A stretch of 64,000 bases of DNA from Gemmatimonadota bacterium (lineage in GTDB: Bacteria; Gemmatimonadota; Gemmatimonadetes; Palauibacterales; Palauibacteraceae), in NCBI GenBank assembly GCA_046758745.1, contig JBHIAV010000008.1, forward strand, positions 1 to 64,000, in the 5' to 3' direction. The translations under genes were made by a program, and so were the position numbers. Shown here in pieces: positions 1 to 9,323 of this stretch; positions within the stretch are counted from its first letter, which is position 1, and every line of letters begins with the position of its first letter. The notes under the pieces were generated by a model. That model ran no database searches, was not told the DNA's origin, and saw nothing but the letters and a program-made list of their open reading frames with translations.

Positions 1-57
1 CGGCAGGGCTGGTTCGCCGAGCACGGGATAGGACCCGGGGACCAGGTCGAGTTCTAG
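1..57 (+). CDS. 3' end of a probable DUF192-family protein (partial)
   Basis: Frame 1 reads RQGWFAEHGIGPGDQVEF*, resembling the DUF192 C-terminal pattern (GWF..HGI..GD.V). Only 18 codons are visible. Confidence 0.55.
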   Translation, partial: RQGWFAEHGIGPGDQVEF

Positions 58-192
58 CGCCGCGGGTGCGGCCGGTCAGCCGACGAGGTTGCGGATCCGG
101 GCCGCTCGGCCGATGGGGCCGCGGATCCGGACCGCCGCAGCCCGCGCGCGCCGAAGCCCGCGCCCACCTCATCCACTCAAGCCGAGGCTGAC

Positions 193-1590
<1,398 letters not shown>

Positions 1591-1620
1591 CCCCTCATCC
1601 CGCGGCCCGACGCCAGCGCG

Positions 1621-2223
1621 TCACGGATCCCTGCTCGCCGAGTCGGTCTCCCCCCACGGCCGGATGGAGTCTTCCGGGTCGACCCCCAGGCCGTCCGCCA
1701 CCCGCGTGATGTAGTTGAAGTAGGCGATCACCTGGACGGCGTCGTGGATTTCCCGGTCGTCGAGGCCGTGCGCGCGCAGAGCGTCCAGATCGGCCCGGGA
1801 CATCTCGCGCTGGCGATGGGTCAGCTTGGCGGCGAACTCGCCGAGCGCCCTGTCGACCGGCTGGAGCGGGGCGCGGCGCCAGTCGCGGGCCACGGCATGC
1901 ACGAAGGCGTCGGCCTCATCCGGATCTTCGAACGTGCCCTGGACCTCTTCCCGGAGGTCGTGCGCGTGCGCCTGCGTTCAGTAGTGGCACCCGAGCTCGG
2001 CCGACACGACGGTGGCGAGCAGCTCGCGCTGCGCCCGGGAGAGGGGCGAGCTCCCCTTCATAAGCGAGACATAGAAGCGCATGCTCGTGTCGAGCGCGCG
2101 CGGGTTCAGGCTCATGATGCGCACGATGTTCCACACGCGCCCGGCCCGCGCGATCGCTTGATCGTACAGCTTCTTGAGCAGACCGGTGGCCTTGTCGTTC
2201 GGGACCTGCTCGATCCAGGGCAT
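1621..2223 (-). CDS. AhpD/carboxymuconolactone-decarboxylase-like peroxidase, probable selenoprotein (UGA=Sec at codon 82, 1978-1980)
   Basis: ORFs 1978-2262 and 1621-1902 share one frame. Read-through gives ...RELLATVVSAELGCHY-U-TQAH..., matching the AhpD-like ExxxxxxSxxxxCxxCxxxH pattern. The C-terminal half (DDREIHDAVQVIAYFNYITRVADGLG) is typical of the family. 200 aa from the ATG at 2223. Confidence 0.85.
1929..1980 (-). promoter_or_regulatory. Candidate bacterial SECIS element directly 3' of the UGA
   Basis: The mRNA reads UGA-acgcaggcgcacgcgcac-GACCUC-cgggaa-GAGGUC-cagggca-CGUUCG. There is a perfect 6-bp upper stem (1942-1959) with a G-containing loop starting 25 nt after the UGA. UGAACG can pair with CGUUCG as a lower stem. 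Confidence 0.65.
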
Positions 2224-2236
2224 TTTGCTTTTCCGC

Positions 2237-2701
2237 CTAATTCTCCGCGCCTTCCGCCGCACCGAGGCGCCCTCTCACCGGTGCCACGTCGTACGTCGTG
2301 ACCTCGTAGCGGTTCCCCCACGGATCACAGAAGTAGACCGAGAACGCCTCGCCGTGATCGCGGGGAGGGAGCTCGCGGAGCTCCTCCCCGTGCTCGCCGA
2401 ACACGGGGTTGTGCCCGATGTGCTCGAGGAAACGCAGGAACCCCTCGGCGTCCACCCGGAACGCGACCAGGTGGTGACCCGCTGTCTGGCGCGCCCCGCG
2501 GGGCTTGCCCACGAAGAGCGCCAGCTTGGTTCGGCCTTCGTCGCTCGAGACCATGAGGGGCCCGCGCTCGGCCCAGTGCGCGAAGCGTGGCACGATCTGG
2601 AGGCCGAGCGTCCTTTCGCACCAGCGCGCGGCCTCGTATTGGTCGGGAACGAACAGCTCGACGTGATCGATCCCCTGGACCTTGAAGGTGGGCCTCGGCA
2701 T
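2237..2701 (-). CDS. VOC/glyoxalase-bleomycin resistance family protein
   Basis: IDHVELFV, HHLVAFRV and SVYFCDPWGNRYE are VOC metal-site patterns. GGAGG SD before the ATG at 2701. Confidence 0.8.
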   Translation of the reverse strand: MPRPTFKVQGIDHVELFVPDQYEAARWCERTLGLQIVPRFAHWAERGPLMVSSDEGRTKLALFVGKPRGARQTAGHHLVAFRVDAEGFLRFLEHIGHNPVFGEHGEELRELPPRDHGEAFSVYFCDPWGNRYEVTTYDVAPVRGRLGAAEGAEN

Positions 2702-2753
2702 CGTCCCTCCGTCGGCTGGTCGACTTCCACGTGCGGCGGGCCGGAGACCCAAT

Positions 2754-3431
2754 ATGGGCGAGAGACCTTTCGACGTCATCACCTTCGACTGCTACGGGAC
2801 GCTGGTCGACTGGGGAGCGGGGATCGGCTCCGCGTTCATCGAAGCGGCCCGTGCGGACGGCGTGCTCCTCGAGCGCGGGCCGGTGCTGGAGGCGTACATG
2901 GAGGTGGAGCCGGCCGTGGAGGCCGAGGCGTACCGGAGCTACCGCCAGGTCCTCGCCGAGACGGCGCGGCGAGTGGTGGTCCGGCTCGGCTGGCGGCTTC
3001 GGCCGGAGCGCGCCTCGTTCCTGGCCGAGAGTCTGCCGGGGTGGCCTGTGTTCCCCGACACGAACCCCGGGCTCGAGCGCCTGGCGGCGGCCGGCTATCG
3101 TCTTGGAATCCTGTCGAACGTGGATGAGGATCTGCTGGACGCCACCCGGCGGAGCCTCCCGGTCGCTTTCGACCCGGACCTCATCGTGACGGCGCAGTCC
3201 GTCGGCTCTTACAAGCCGGCGCGCGGCCACTTCGAGGAAGCACGCGGTCGCATCGGGCTTTCCCGCTGGCTGCACGCCGCGCAGAGCTGGTTCCACGACG
3301 TCGTGCCGGCGCTCGAGCTCGCCATCCCGGTGGCGTGGGTGAACCGGAAGGGGGAGGCCCGGCCGGAGGGCGACGGTCGCCCGGACTTCGAGGTGGCCAC
3401 CCTGAGCGCGCTGGCGGGACGGCTCACGTAG
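2754..3431 (+). CDS. HAD-superfamily hydrolase (haloacid dehalogenase type II-like)
   Basis: Motifs FDCYGTLVDW, LSNVD, SYKP and HAAQSWFHD. Confidence 0.85.
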   Translation: MGERPFDVITFDCYGTLVDWGAGIGSAFIEAARADGVLLERGPVLEAYMEVEPAVEAEAYRSYRQVLAETARRVVVRLGWRLRPERASFLAESLPGWPVFPDTNPGLERLAAAGYRLGILSNVDEDLLDATRRSLPVAFDPDLIVTAQSVGSYKPARGHFEEARGRIGLSRWLHAAQSWFHDVVPALELAIPVAWVNRKGEARPEGDGRPDFEVATLSALAGRLT

Positions 3432-3506
3432 GGGGCACCGGTCCGGGTGGTCGTACTGGAGGCTGGCTGGACCGGCTGGCGGGCGTCGGACCGTATGGAC
3501 CCGGCC

Positions 3507-4436
3507 CTACTCGCCGTCCAGCTCTTCTGGGGTGGGGAGGAGGCGGTTCACCGACCACTCGGCGAGCAGGTATACCACCGGCCGATCGGCCCGCCGGACG
3601 AGGTAGTTGGATCCCTCCTCCTCCTTTACGAAGAGCAGCGATGCCAGCGGGGCCGCCGCCGGTGCGGAGGCGCCCGCCTCGTCGTACGCCTCCAAGACCG
3701 CTTCGGGGGCGTCGAAGTCCGCCCGCACGGCTACCGAATCGGGCGGAAAGCGCATGGCGGTGAGGCGCGTGAGGCCGCCGAGAAGGCTTCGGACCCGAGA
3801 GGAGTCTGCGGCTTCGCCGTCCAGCACCCACACGCTGTCGGGCCGGCTCAGGACGAGCGCCTCGGCGCCGCGGCGAATCACCACCTCGCGCACCAGCGAG
3901 GTGTCGAGCGCGGCGATCACCCGGTCTCGCCACGAGTCCGCATCACGGGTGAGAAGCTGCCCGCCGTTCCCCGGTAGTAGATACACCTCCGGCGCGTCCG
4001 GCGAGCGAACGTAGCGCCCGCCCCGGCCGCTGTTGCCGATGAGGATGGAGAGGGCCGGGGGATCCGCGCCGCCGAACGCGACGAGGTGCCCGGCCTCCTC
4101 GGTCACGCCGAGGCGCGGGTGGTTGGCCGGGCTGCGGGAGACCAGCTCGAGGGCTGTCGCCGTGTCGAGGGCCGCGATCAGGCTACGGACCTCCCCGGTG
4201 TCGGCCGGATAACCGTTCACCCGCCACGCGTCGCCCACCCGCTCCAGCCGTATCGAATCACTCCCACCCGGCTTCCGCACGCGGATGAGCGACGTCCCGC
4301 TGTCCACCGCCCCGCCAACGTCGATGCCGGCGCTCTGGATCCGGCCGTCTCTCCCTCCGAGCACTCGGCTCAGGGCGTAGGCGGCCAGCAGCGCGGCCAG
4401 CAGCCCCAGGATGATCCGGACGTTCCTCGGACTCAC
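3507..4436 (-). CDS. DUF4340 domain protein (N-terminal membrane anchor, duplicated domain)
   Basis: N-terminal TM segment followed by two W.(V/L)(N/D)G..AD...V..L repeats. It is the last gene of a Gld-like ABC operon, the usual DUF4340 context. Confidence 0.7.
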   Translation of the reverse strand: MSPRNVRIILGLLAALLAAYALSRVLGGRDGRIQSAGIDVGGAVDSGTSLIRVRKPGGSDSIRLERVGDAWRVNGYPADTGEVRSLIAALDTATALELVSRSPANHPRLGVTEEAGHLVAFGGADPPALSILIGNSGRGGRYVRSPDAPEVYLLPGNGGQLLTRDADSWRDRVIAALDTSLVREVVIRRGAEALVLSRPDSVWVLDGEAADSSRVRSLLGGLTRLTAMRFPPDSVAVRADFDAPEAVLEAYDEAGASAPAAAPLASLLFVKEEEGSNYLVRRADRPVVYLLAEWSVNRLLPTPEELDGE

Positions 4437-4475
4437 GTCAGGGCTCTCCGTATGGGCGCCACCTCGCGCTCCCCC

Positions 4476-6974
4476 TCACGCGGCCGCTCCACCGGGTCGG
4501 TACGGCTGCGACTGTAGACGGCGACGCCGCAGCACTCGCCCCGTCCCGAGCAACACGAAGAGGAGCGGCACGCCGATCAGGTTGCCGTACTTCGCGGCGT
4601 CGCGCACCGCCTCCGACGGGTAGAGGAGGGGAGGGGGCGTACGGCTCTTGGTCCGGATCGAGATGAGCGCCTCGTCTTCCGCCAGCCAGTCCACCGCGTT
4701 CTGTACGAAGAGCAGGTTGTCGGGGCTCGCCTGGACGAAACGCGTCGTGGCGAAGTCCGTATCGCCGATGAGGACGATCCGTCCGGTGGGGGGTGGGGTG
4801 GTCTCGGCGCCGGGCTGCTCCGCCGGCCGCATCGCCAGTGAGTCGCCCCCCGCGCCGCTCGCATTCTGGTCCCCTGCGCCGGCCGCATTCTGGCCCGCCG
4901 CCTCGCCCCCGTCCCGAGCCGGCGCGGCGGCCGCCCCCTCTCCCGCGTCGAGGGCTGCCGCTCCCGCGTCGGGGGCTGCCGCTCCCGCGTCGGGGGCTGC
5001 CGCTCCCGCGACGGGGTTCGCGGACGGCCGTGACGCCCCCGCGGCCGGGAGCACGCCGGGCGCGGGAGGGGTGAGCGCGACTGCGATGAGCTGCCTGGAG
5101 AGGTCGGTGGCCACCGAGTTCCAGTCGAACTGAGGGTTGAGCGGAAGCCGCCCGGTGAGCTTGCCTCCGAACTCGGTGGTTGCGAGGAGCGGAATGACGT
5201 TCGTGCTGTCGCCGCTCACCACCTCGATCGGAGTGGTCCAGGGAGCCATCACGCTGCTCAACCGGTCCACGATCACGTGCGACGTCGCGGGTAACGCCTG
5301 CACCCACAGCGGATAGGGGATCACGAAGCTGAGTCCGGCCGCGGTCGGCACGGTGACGCGGCCGTTGGAGCGCAGGTCGTAGGCGAGGCCGTCGGGCAGC
5401 GACACCCCGTACTTGGCCAGCAGGGCGGCGATCTGGGGCAGCGGCAGCGGCATCGGAAAGAGGCCCGTCTGGTCGATGGTCACCGGCTGTGCCATGATGA
5501 GCATGTTCCCGCCCACCGCCAGGAACTCCCCGAGCTTTCGCCCCTCCGCCGCCGAGAGTGCCGACTGCGGTCCCGGCAGGACAAGCACTCTGACGGAGTC
5601 GGGGATCGCCTCCTCGTCCTCCGTGATGTTGACCGCGATCACGTTGTAGCTCTCGCGCAGCCGATCGGCCACAGTGCTGAGCTCGCCGACCATGTCCGGC
5701 TCGCCGTGCCCGGTGAGGAACCCGACCGTCGGCCGCCGCTGCACCGTTATCCGCCGAATGGCGCTCGCCAACCGGTACTCGAGGTCCTCCGTCTGCCGGA
5801 TGAAGGGCAGCGTCTCCACCTGGTCCGCGTACTGGAGGGCGATGCCGAGGTAGCCCTGACGGACCTGGAACTCCTCTTGCCCCAGCACGTTGAACTGGAT
5901 CGGCGGGATTCCGAACCTCGCCGCTTCGTCACGAGCCTCGTTGTTCCCTTCCGGTGTGTACTGGATCAGCTGGAGATTTCCGCCGGCCACCGATCGGAAG
6001 TCGCTCAGGAGGTCCTCGATGTCGCGCCTCACAATGCCGACCTGGGGCGGGAGTTCCCGGGAGGCGAAGAAGCGCACGGTCACGAGGTCGTCCAGGCCGC
6101 GCAGGAGGGAGCGGCTCGCCTCCGAAAGCGTGTACGCGTTCCCCGGCGTGAGGTCGAGGCGGCCGCGAATGTGGCGCCCGAGCAGGTTCACCACGATGCA
6201 GATGCCGAGTATGCCGAGTGTGCCCGCCCACAAGGTGCGGTATGCCATTCCCCGCCGGCTGAGCTTCTGTCTCTGCACCGACCAGTAGGCGAGGGAGAGG
6301 AAAGCCCCGGCCAGCGTGGCGAAGTAGACGACGTCTCGGAGATCGATCACTCCCCTCCCCACGCTGTCGAAGTGGGTGAGGATGCCGAGGCGCTCCGCCG
6401 CGGCCGCCAGAATCGGCGGAAGTCCCAGCAGGACCACATCGAGGCTGATCACGATCAGGAAGAAGGTGACCGCCACGCCGAGGATGAAGGCGGTGATCTG
6501 GTTCCGCGTCAGCGAGGATGCCCACAGGCCGATCCCCACCAGGCTGGCCACGAGGAGCAGCGCGCCGATGTACTGGGCCAGCATGACCCCCCAGAAGGGC
6601 TCGCCCCCCATCTCCAGCGCGATGACCGCACCCGACGTCCCCGCCAGCGCCACGACGAGGAAGCCGAACACGCCCAGGAACTTCCCGAGCAGGAACTCGA
6701 TCTCGGTGATGGGCTGGGTGAGCATCAGCTCCAGCGTCCCGGTCGACCGCTCCTCGGCCAGCGCCCGCATCGTGATGGCGGGTACGAAGAAGAGAAGGAG
6801 CCACGGAAGGAGGTCGAACATGGGACGCAGGGTGGCCTGTCCCGTGAACAGCACGCTCCGGAAGTAGAAGAAGTAGTTGGTAGCCAGGAAGATGACGAGC
6901 AGAATATACGCCGTCGCCTGGTCGAAATAGCTCCGGAACTCGCGCCGCCCGACGGCAAGCACGTTCCCCATCAC
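4476..6974 (-). CDS. Fused GldF-like ABC-2 permease and GldG-like periplasmic auxiliary domain
   Basis: N-terminal multi-TM permease (TMRALAEERSTGTLELMLT.P). Then DLTPGNAYTLS, VGFLTGHGE and NAVDWLAEDEALISIR (GldG-like), and a C-terminal TM. Confidence 0.8.
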   Translation of the reverse strand: MMGNVLAVGRREFRSYFDQATAYILLVIFLATNYFFYFRSVLFTGQATLRPMFDLLPWLLLFFVPAITMRALAEERSTGTLELMLTQPITEIEFLLGKFLGVFGFLVVALAGTSGAVIALEMGGEPFWGVMLAQYIGALLLVASLVGIGLWASSLTRNQITAFILGVAVTFFLIVISLDVVLLGLPPILAAAAERLGILTHFDSVGRGVIDLRDVVYFATLAGAFLSLAYWSVQRQKLSRRGMAYRTLWAGTLGILGICIVVNLLGRHIRGRLDLTPGNAYTLSEASRSLLRGLDDLVTVRFFASRELPPQVGIVRRDIEDLLSDFRSVAGGNLQLIQYTPEGNNEARDEAARFGIPPIQFNVLGQEEFQVRQGYLGIALQYADQVETLPFIRQTEDLEYRLASAIRRITVQRRPTVGFLTGHGEPDMVGELSTVADRLRESYNVIAVNITEDEEAIPDSVRVLVLPGPQSALSAAEGRKLGEFLAVGGNMLIMAQPVTIDQTGLFPMPLPLPQIAALLAKYGVSLPDGLAYDLRSNGRVTVPTAAGLSFVIPYPLWVQALPATSHVIVDRLSSVMAPWTTPIEVVSGDSTNVIPLLATTEFGGKLTGRLPLNPQFDWNSVATDLSRQLIAVALTPPAPGVLPAAGASRPSANPVAGAAAPDAGAAAPDAGAAALDAGEGAAAAPARDGGEAAGQNAAGAGDQNASGAGGDSLAMRPAEQPGAETTPPPTGRIVLIGDTDFATTRFVQASPDNLLFVQNAVDWLAEDEALISIRTKSRTPPPLLYPSEAVRDAAKYGNLIGVPLLFVLLGTGRVLRRRRLQSQPYRPGGAAA
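4940..5016. repeat. 21-bp tandem repeat, about 3.6 copies, inside the GldFG gene
   Basis: The unit CTCCCGCGTCGGGGGCTGCCG starts at 4940, 4961, 4982 and (partial) 5003. It encodes (AAAPDAG)n. Confidence 0.9.
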
Positions 6975-7912
6975 GCGCCGGGTCCGGTCAGCTCATGGAA
7001 GAGCTCTTCGAGGCTCTCACGCTCGAGGTGTAGCTCCCAAAGCGTCCAGCCGCGCTCGCTCGCCAGGGCGAAGACCTCCGGTCGAGGGTCGGCCGCCGGC
7101 GTCGCCGTGAGGGTGAGGCGGGTGCGCACGCCGCCGTCCGAGGCCGGCTGGACCGAGGAGACCGTCTCAAGCGCCGCCAGGGCGCTCGCCGCGGCCGCCG
7201 CGTCGGCCTCGAGCTCGACCGTCACGCGCATCCCCTGCGCGCCGCCGGTGAGTAGCGAGTCCACCGTACCGTCGGCCACGATCTTCCCACGGTCGATGAT
7301 GAGGAGTCGACTGCAGGTGCGCTGCACCTCCTGCATCACATGGCTGCTGAGCAGGACGGTTCGGTCCCGCCCGAGCTCCGTGATGAGCCGCCGAATCTCG
7401 ACGCGCTGGTTCGGGTCGAGCCCCTCGGTCGGCTCGTCGAGGATCAGGATGTCCGGCTCGGGAAGGATCGCCTGGGCGAGGCCGACTCGCTGCCGGTATC
7501 CCTTGGAGAGCTGGCCGATCGGCCGGTGATAGACCTCCTCGATCCCCGTCTGCCCGACCGCGGCCCCGATACGCCGGTCCCGCTCCTCGACCCCGAGCCC
7601 GCGTAGGCGGCCGATGTAGTCGAGGTACTCGCTGACGAGCATTTCTGTGTAGAGGGGGTTCGTCTCCGGGAGGTAGCCGATACGGCGGCGAGCCTCGATC
7701 GGGATCTCCTGGATGCGCCTCCCGTCGATCTCGATCGTGCCCGAGTCGGGCTCGAGGTATTGGGTGATGAGTCGCATGGCGGTCGTCTTCCCCGCGCCGT
7801 TCGGGCCGAGAAAGCCGACGACCTCGCCCCGGTCGATGGAGAAGCTGACCCCATCCACGGCCTTCACATCGCCGAAGCTTTTCTCCACGTCGCTGAGACG
7901 GACCAGCGACAT
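6971..7912 (-). CDS. ABC transporter ATP-binding protein (GldA-like)
   Basis: Walker A GPNGAGKTT, signature LSKGYRQR, Walker B ILDEPT. GAGGAGG SD. Confidence 0.9.
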   Translation of the reverse strand: MSLVRLSDVEKSFGDVKAVDGVSFSIDRGEVVGFLGPNGAGKTTAMRLITQYLEPDSGTIEIDGRRIQEIPIEARRRIGYLPETNPLYTEMLVSEYLDYIGRLRGLGVEERDRRIGAAVGQTGIEEVYHRPIGQLSKGYRQRVGLAQAILPEPDILILDEPTEGLDPNQRVEIRRLITELGRDRTVLLSSHVMQEVQRTCSRLLIIDRGKIVADGTVDSLLTGGAQGMRVTVELEADAAAAASALAALETVSSVQPASDGGVRTRLTLTATPAADPRPEVFALASERGWTLWELHLERESLEELFHELTGPGA

Positions 7913-8023
7913 CCTCCTCTCCTCTTCCCGCCGTTCCTGCGCCGCGGGGCCGCCGCCCGAATCGATCTGTCGATCGGCGTTGTGCCGCGTTCAGATTGCC
8001 AAGGGACCCGAAATCGGCGCGAA

Positions 8024-8051
8024 AAGGTAGGCGGCGGCGACAGAGTGTCAA
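8024..8051 (-). promoter_or_regulatory. Sigma70-type promoter for the Gld-like operon
   Basis: Minus strand TTGACA-16 nt-TACCTT, about 110 nt upstream of the ATG at 7912. Confidence 0.55.
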
Positions 8052-8327
8052 GGTGGCCGCCGGCTCCGGCGGCTCGCGCTCGGACCAGCGGCGCGCCACG
8101 CTTCCATCCCACGCCCCCGAGAGGCCCGCCAGGCCGCGCCTGGCCATGACGCTCGGCCCCGGCCGTACGGCGCCAGTTTTCCGCTTGACCGGTGCGGCTC
8201 GTCTCTGCGACTTTACCGCCCCTCCGAGGTGCCGGCCGCCTCACCGACCGTGCCTCGGGGCATCGCGAGAGCGGAATGCCGGCCGCTCGTGCTTCTCGAC
8301 AACCTTCAGCGGGAGGAGAGACCGCCC

Positions 8328-9323
8328 GTGCGGCTCCTGATAGCGACAACGGACGGAATCCACACGGTGCGATGGATCCGGGGCGAGCGCTCCGGACACA
8401 CGGAGGCCGTAGCGCTGAGGGGCGAGGAGGTGAGGTCGATCGCGCCGGTCAGCTCGGCCATCTATGCGGCGGCCCGTCGCTCCGGCATCTACCGGAGCAC
8501 GGACCGGGGAGAGAGCTGGCACAAGATGTCGAGCGGCGTCGCCGACCACGAGTGCGTGACCCTCGCGATCAGCCAGTGGGGGGCCGACGCCCTCTACCTG
8601 GGAACGGAGCCGGCGGCCCTCTTCGCCTCTCACGACGGGGGCAGGAGGTGGGAGGAGCGGCCGGGCTTCCGGGCCCTCGGCGACCTGGATTCTGAGAAGT
8701 GGTACGGATACGGTGCGCGCCGCCCTCACGTGCAGACCATCGCGTGCGACCCGCACGACATGGTCCACCTGTATGCGGGGGTGGAGATCGGCGGGGCGTA
8801 TCGGAGCGATGACGGCGGGGAGAGCTGGCAGCCCGTCAACGAGGGCCTGTACGACGACATCCACCACGTGGCCGTCGACCCGAGGGACGGGAGCCGGCTG
8901 TACGCCGCGACCGGAGGTGGACTCCACGTGAGCCGCGACCGGGGAGCGCGATGGACGCGGGTCCCGGGGGAGGTCGGAACGGCGTACGGCACGGCGATGC
9001 TCGTCCCGGCGGCGACCGGCCGCACCGACCTGTACCTTGCCACGGCGGCCGGTCCTCCGGCGACATGGAGTGGGCGAAAGGGGGATGCGAAGGCGCGGCT
9101 GCACGTGAGCCTGGACGGCGGGAGTACGTGGAGGGAGGCCGACCCCGGGCCGCGGTTGCGCGGAAGGTCCGGGTACTCGGCGCTGGCCGACGATGCCACC
9201 CGGGAGGGCGCAGTCTTCGTCGCCACGGGCGACGGTTCGGTGTACTACGTGGAGGATGCCGGAGAGCGGTGGTCGAAGGTGCTCTTCGGCCTCTCTCACG
9301 TGAACGCGATGACCGTGGTGTGA
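8328..9323 (+). CDS. BNR/Asp-box repeat beta-propeller protein (sialidase/WD40-YVTN-like)
   Basis: Five or more S.D.G.(S/T/R)W Asp-boxes (STDRGESW, SHDGGRRW, SDDGGESW, SRDRGARW, SLDGGSTW). GGAGGA SD before GTG 8328. No signal peptide. Confidence 0.8.
   Translation: MRLLIATTDGIHTVRWIRGERSGHTEAVALRGEEVRSIAPVSSAIYAAARRSGIYRSTDRGESWHKMSSGVADHECVTLAISQWGADALYLGTEPAALFASHDGGRRWEERPGFRALGDLDSEKWYGYGARRPHVQTIACDPHDMVHLYAGVEIGGAYRSDDGGESWQPVNEGLYDDIHHVAVDPRDGSRLYAATGGGLHVSRDRGARWTRVPGEVGTAYGTAMLVPAATGRTDLYLATAAGPPATWSGRKGDAKARLHVSLDGGSTWREADPGPRLRGRSGYSALADDATREGAVFVATGDGSVYYVEDAGERWSKVLFGLSHVNAMTVV

Noticed and set aside
1978-1980. Genome-wide reassignment of UGA (Trp/Gly code) as the explanation for the in-frame TGA
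   Set aside because: Many genes here end in TGA at their family-typical C-termini, often in ATGA/GTGA overlaps, so UGA is a normal stop. The site aligns with a catalytic Cys, which fits Sec.
4940-5016. Tandem repeat as a CRISPR array
   Set aside because: The units are contiguous with no spacers, lie in-frame in a CDS, and no cas genes are present.
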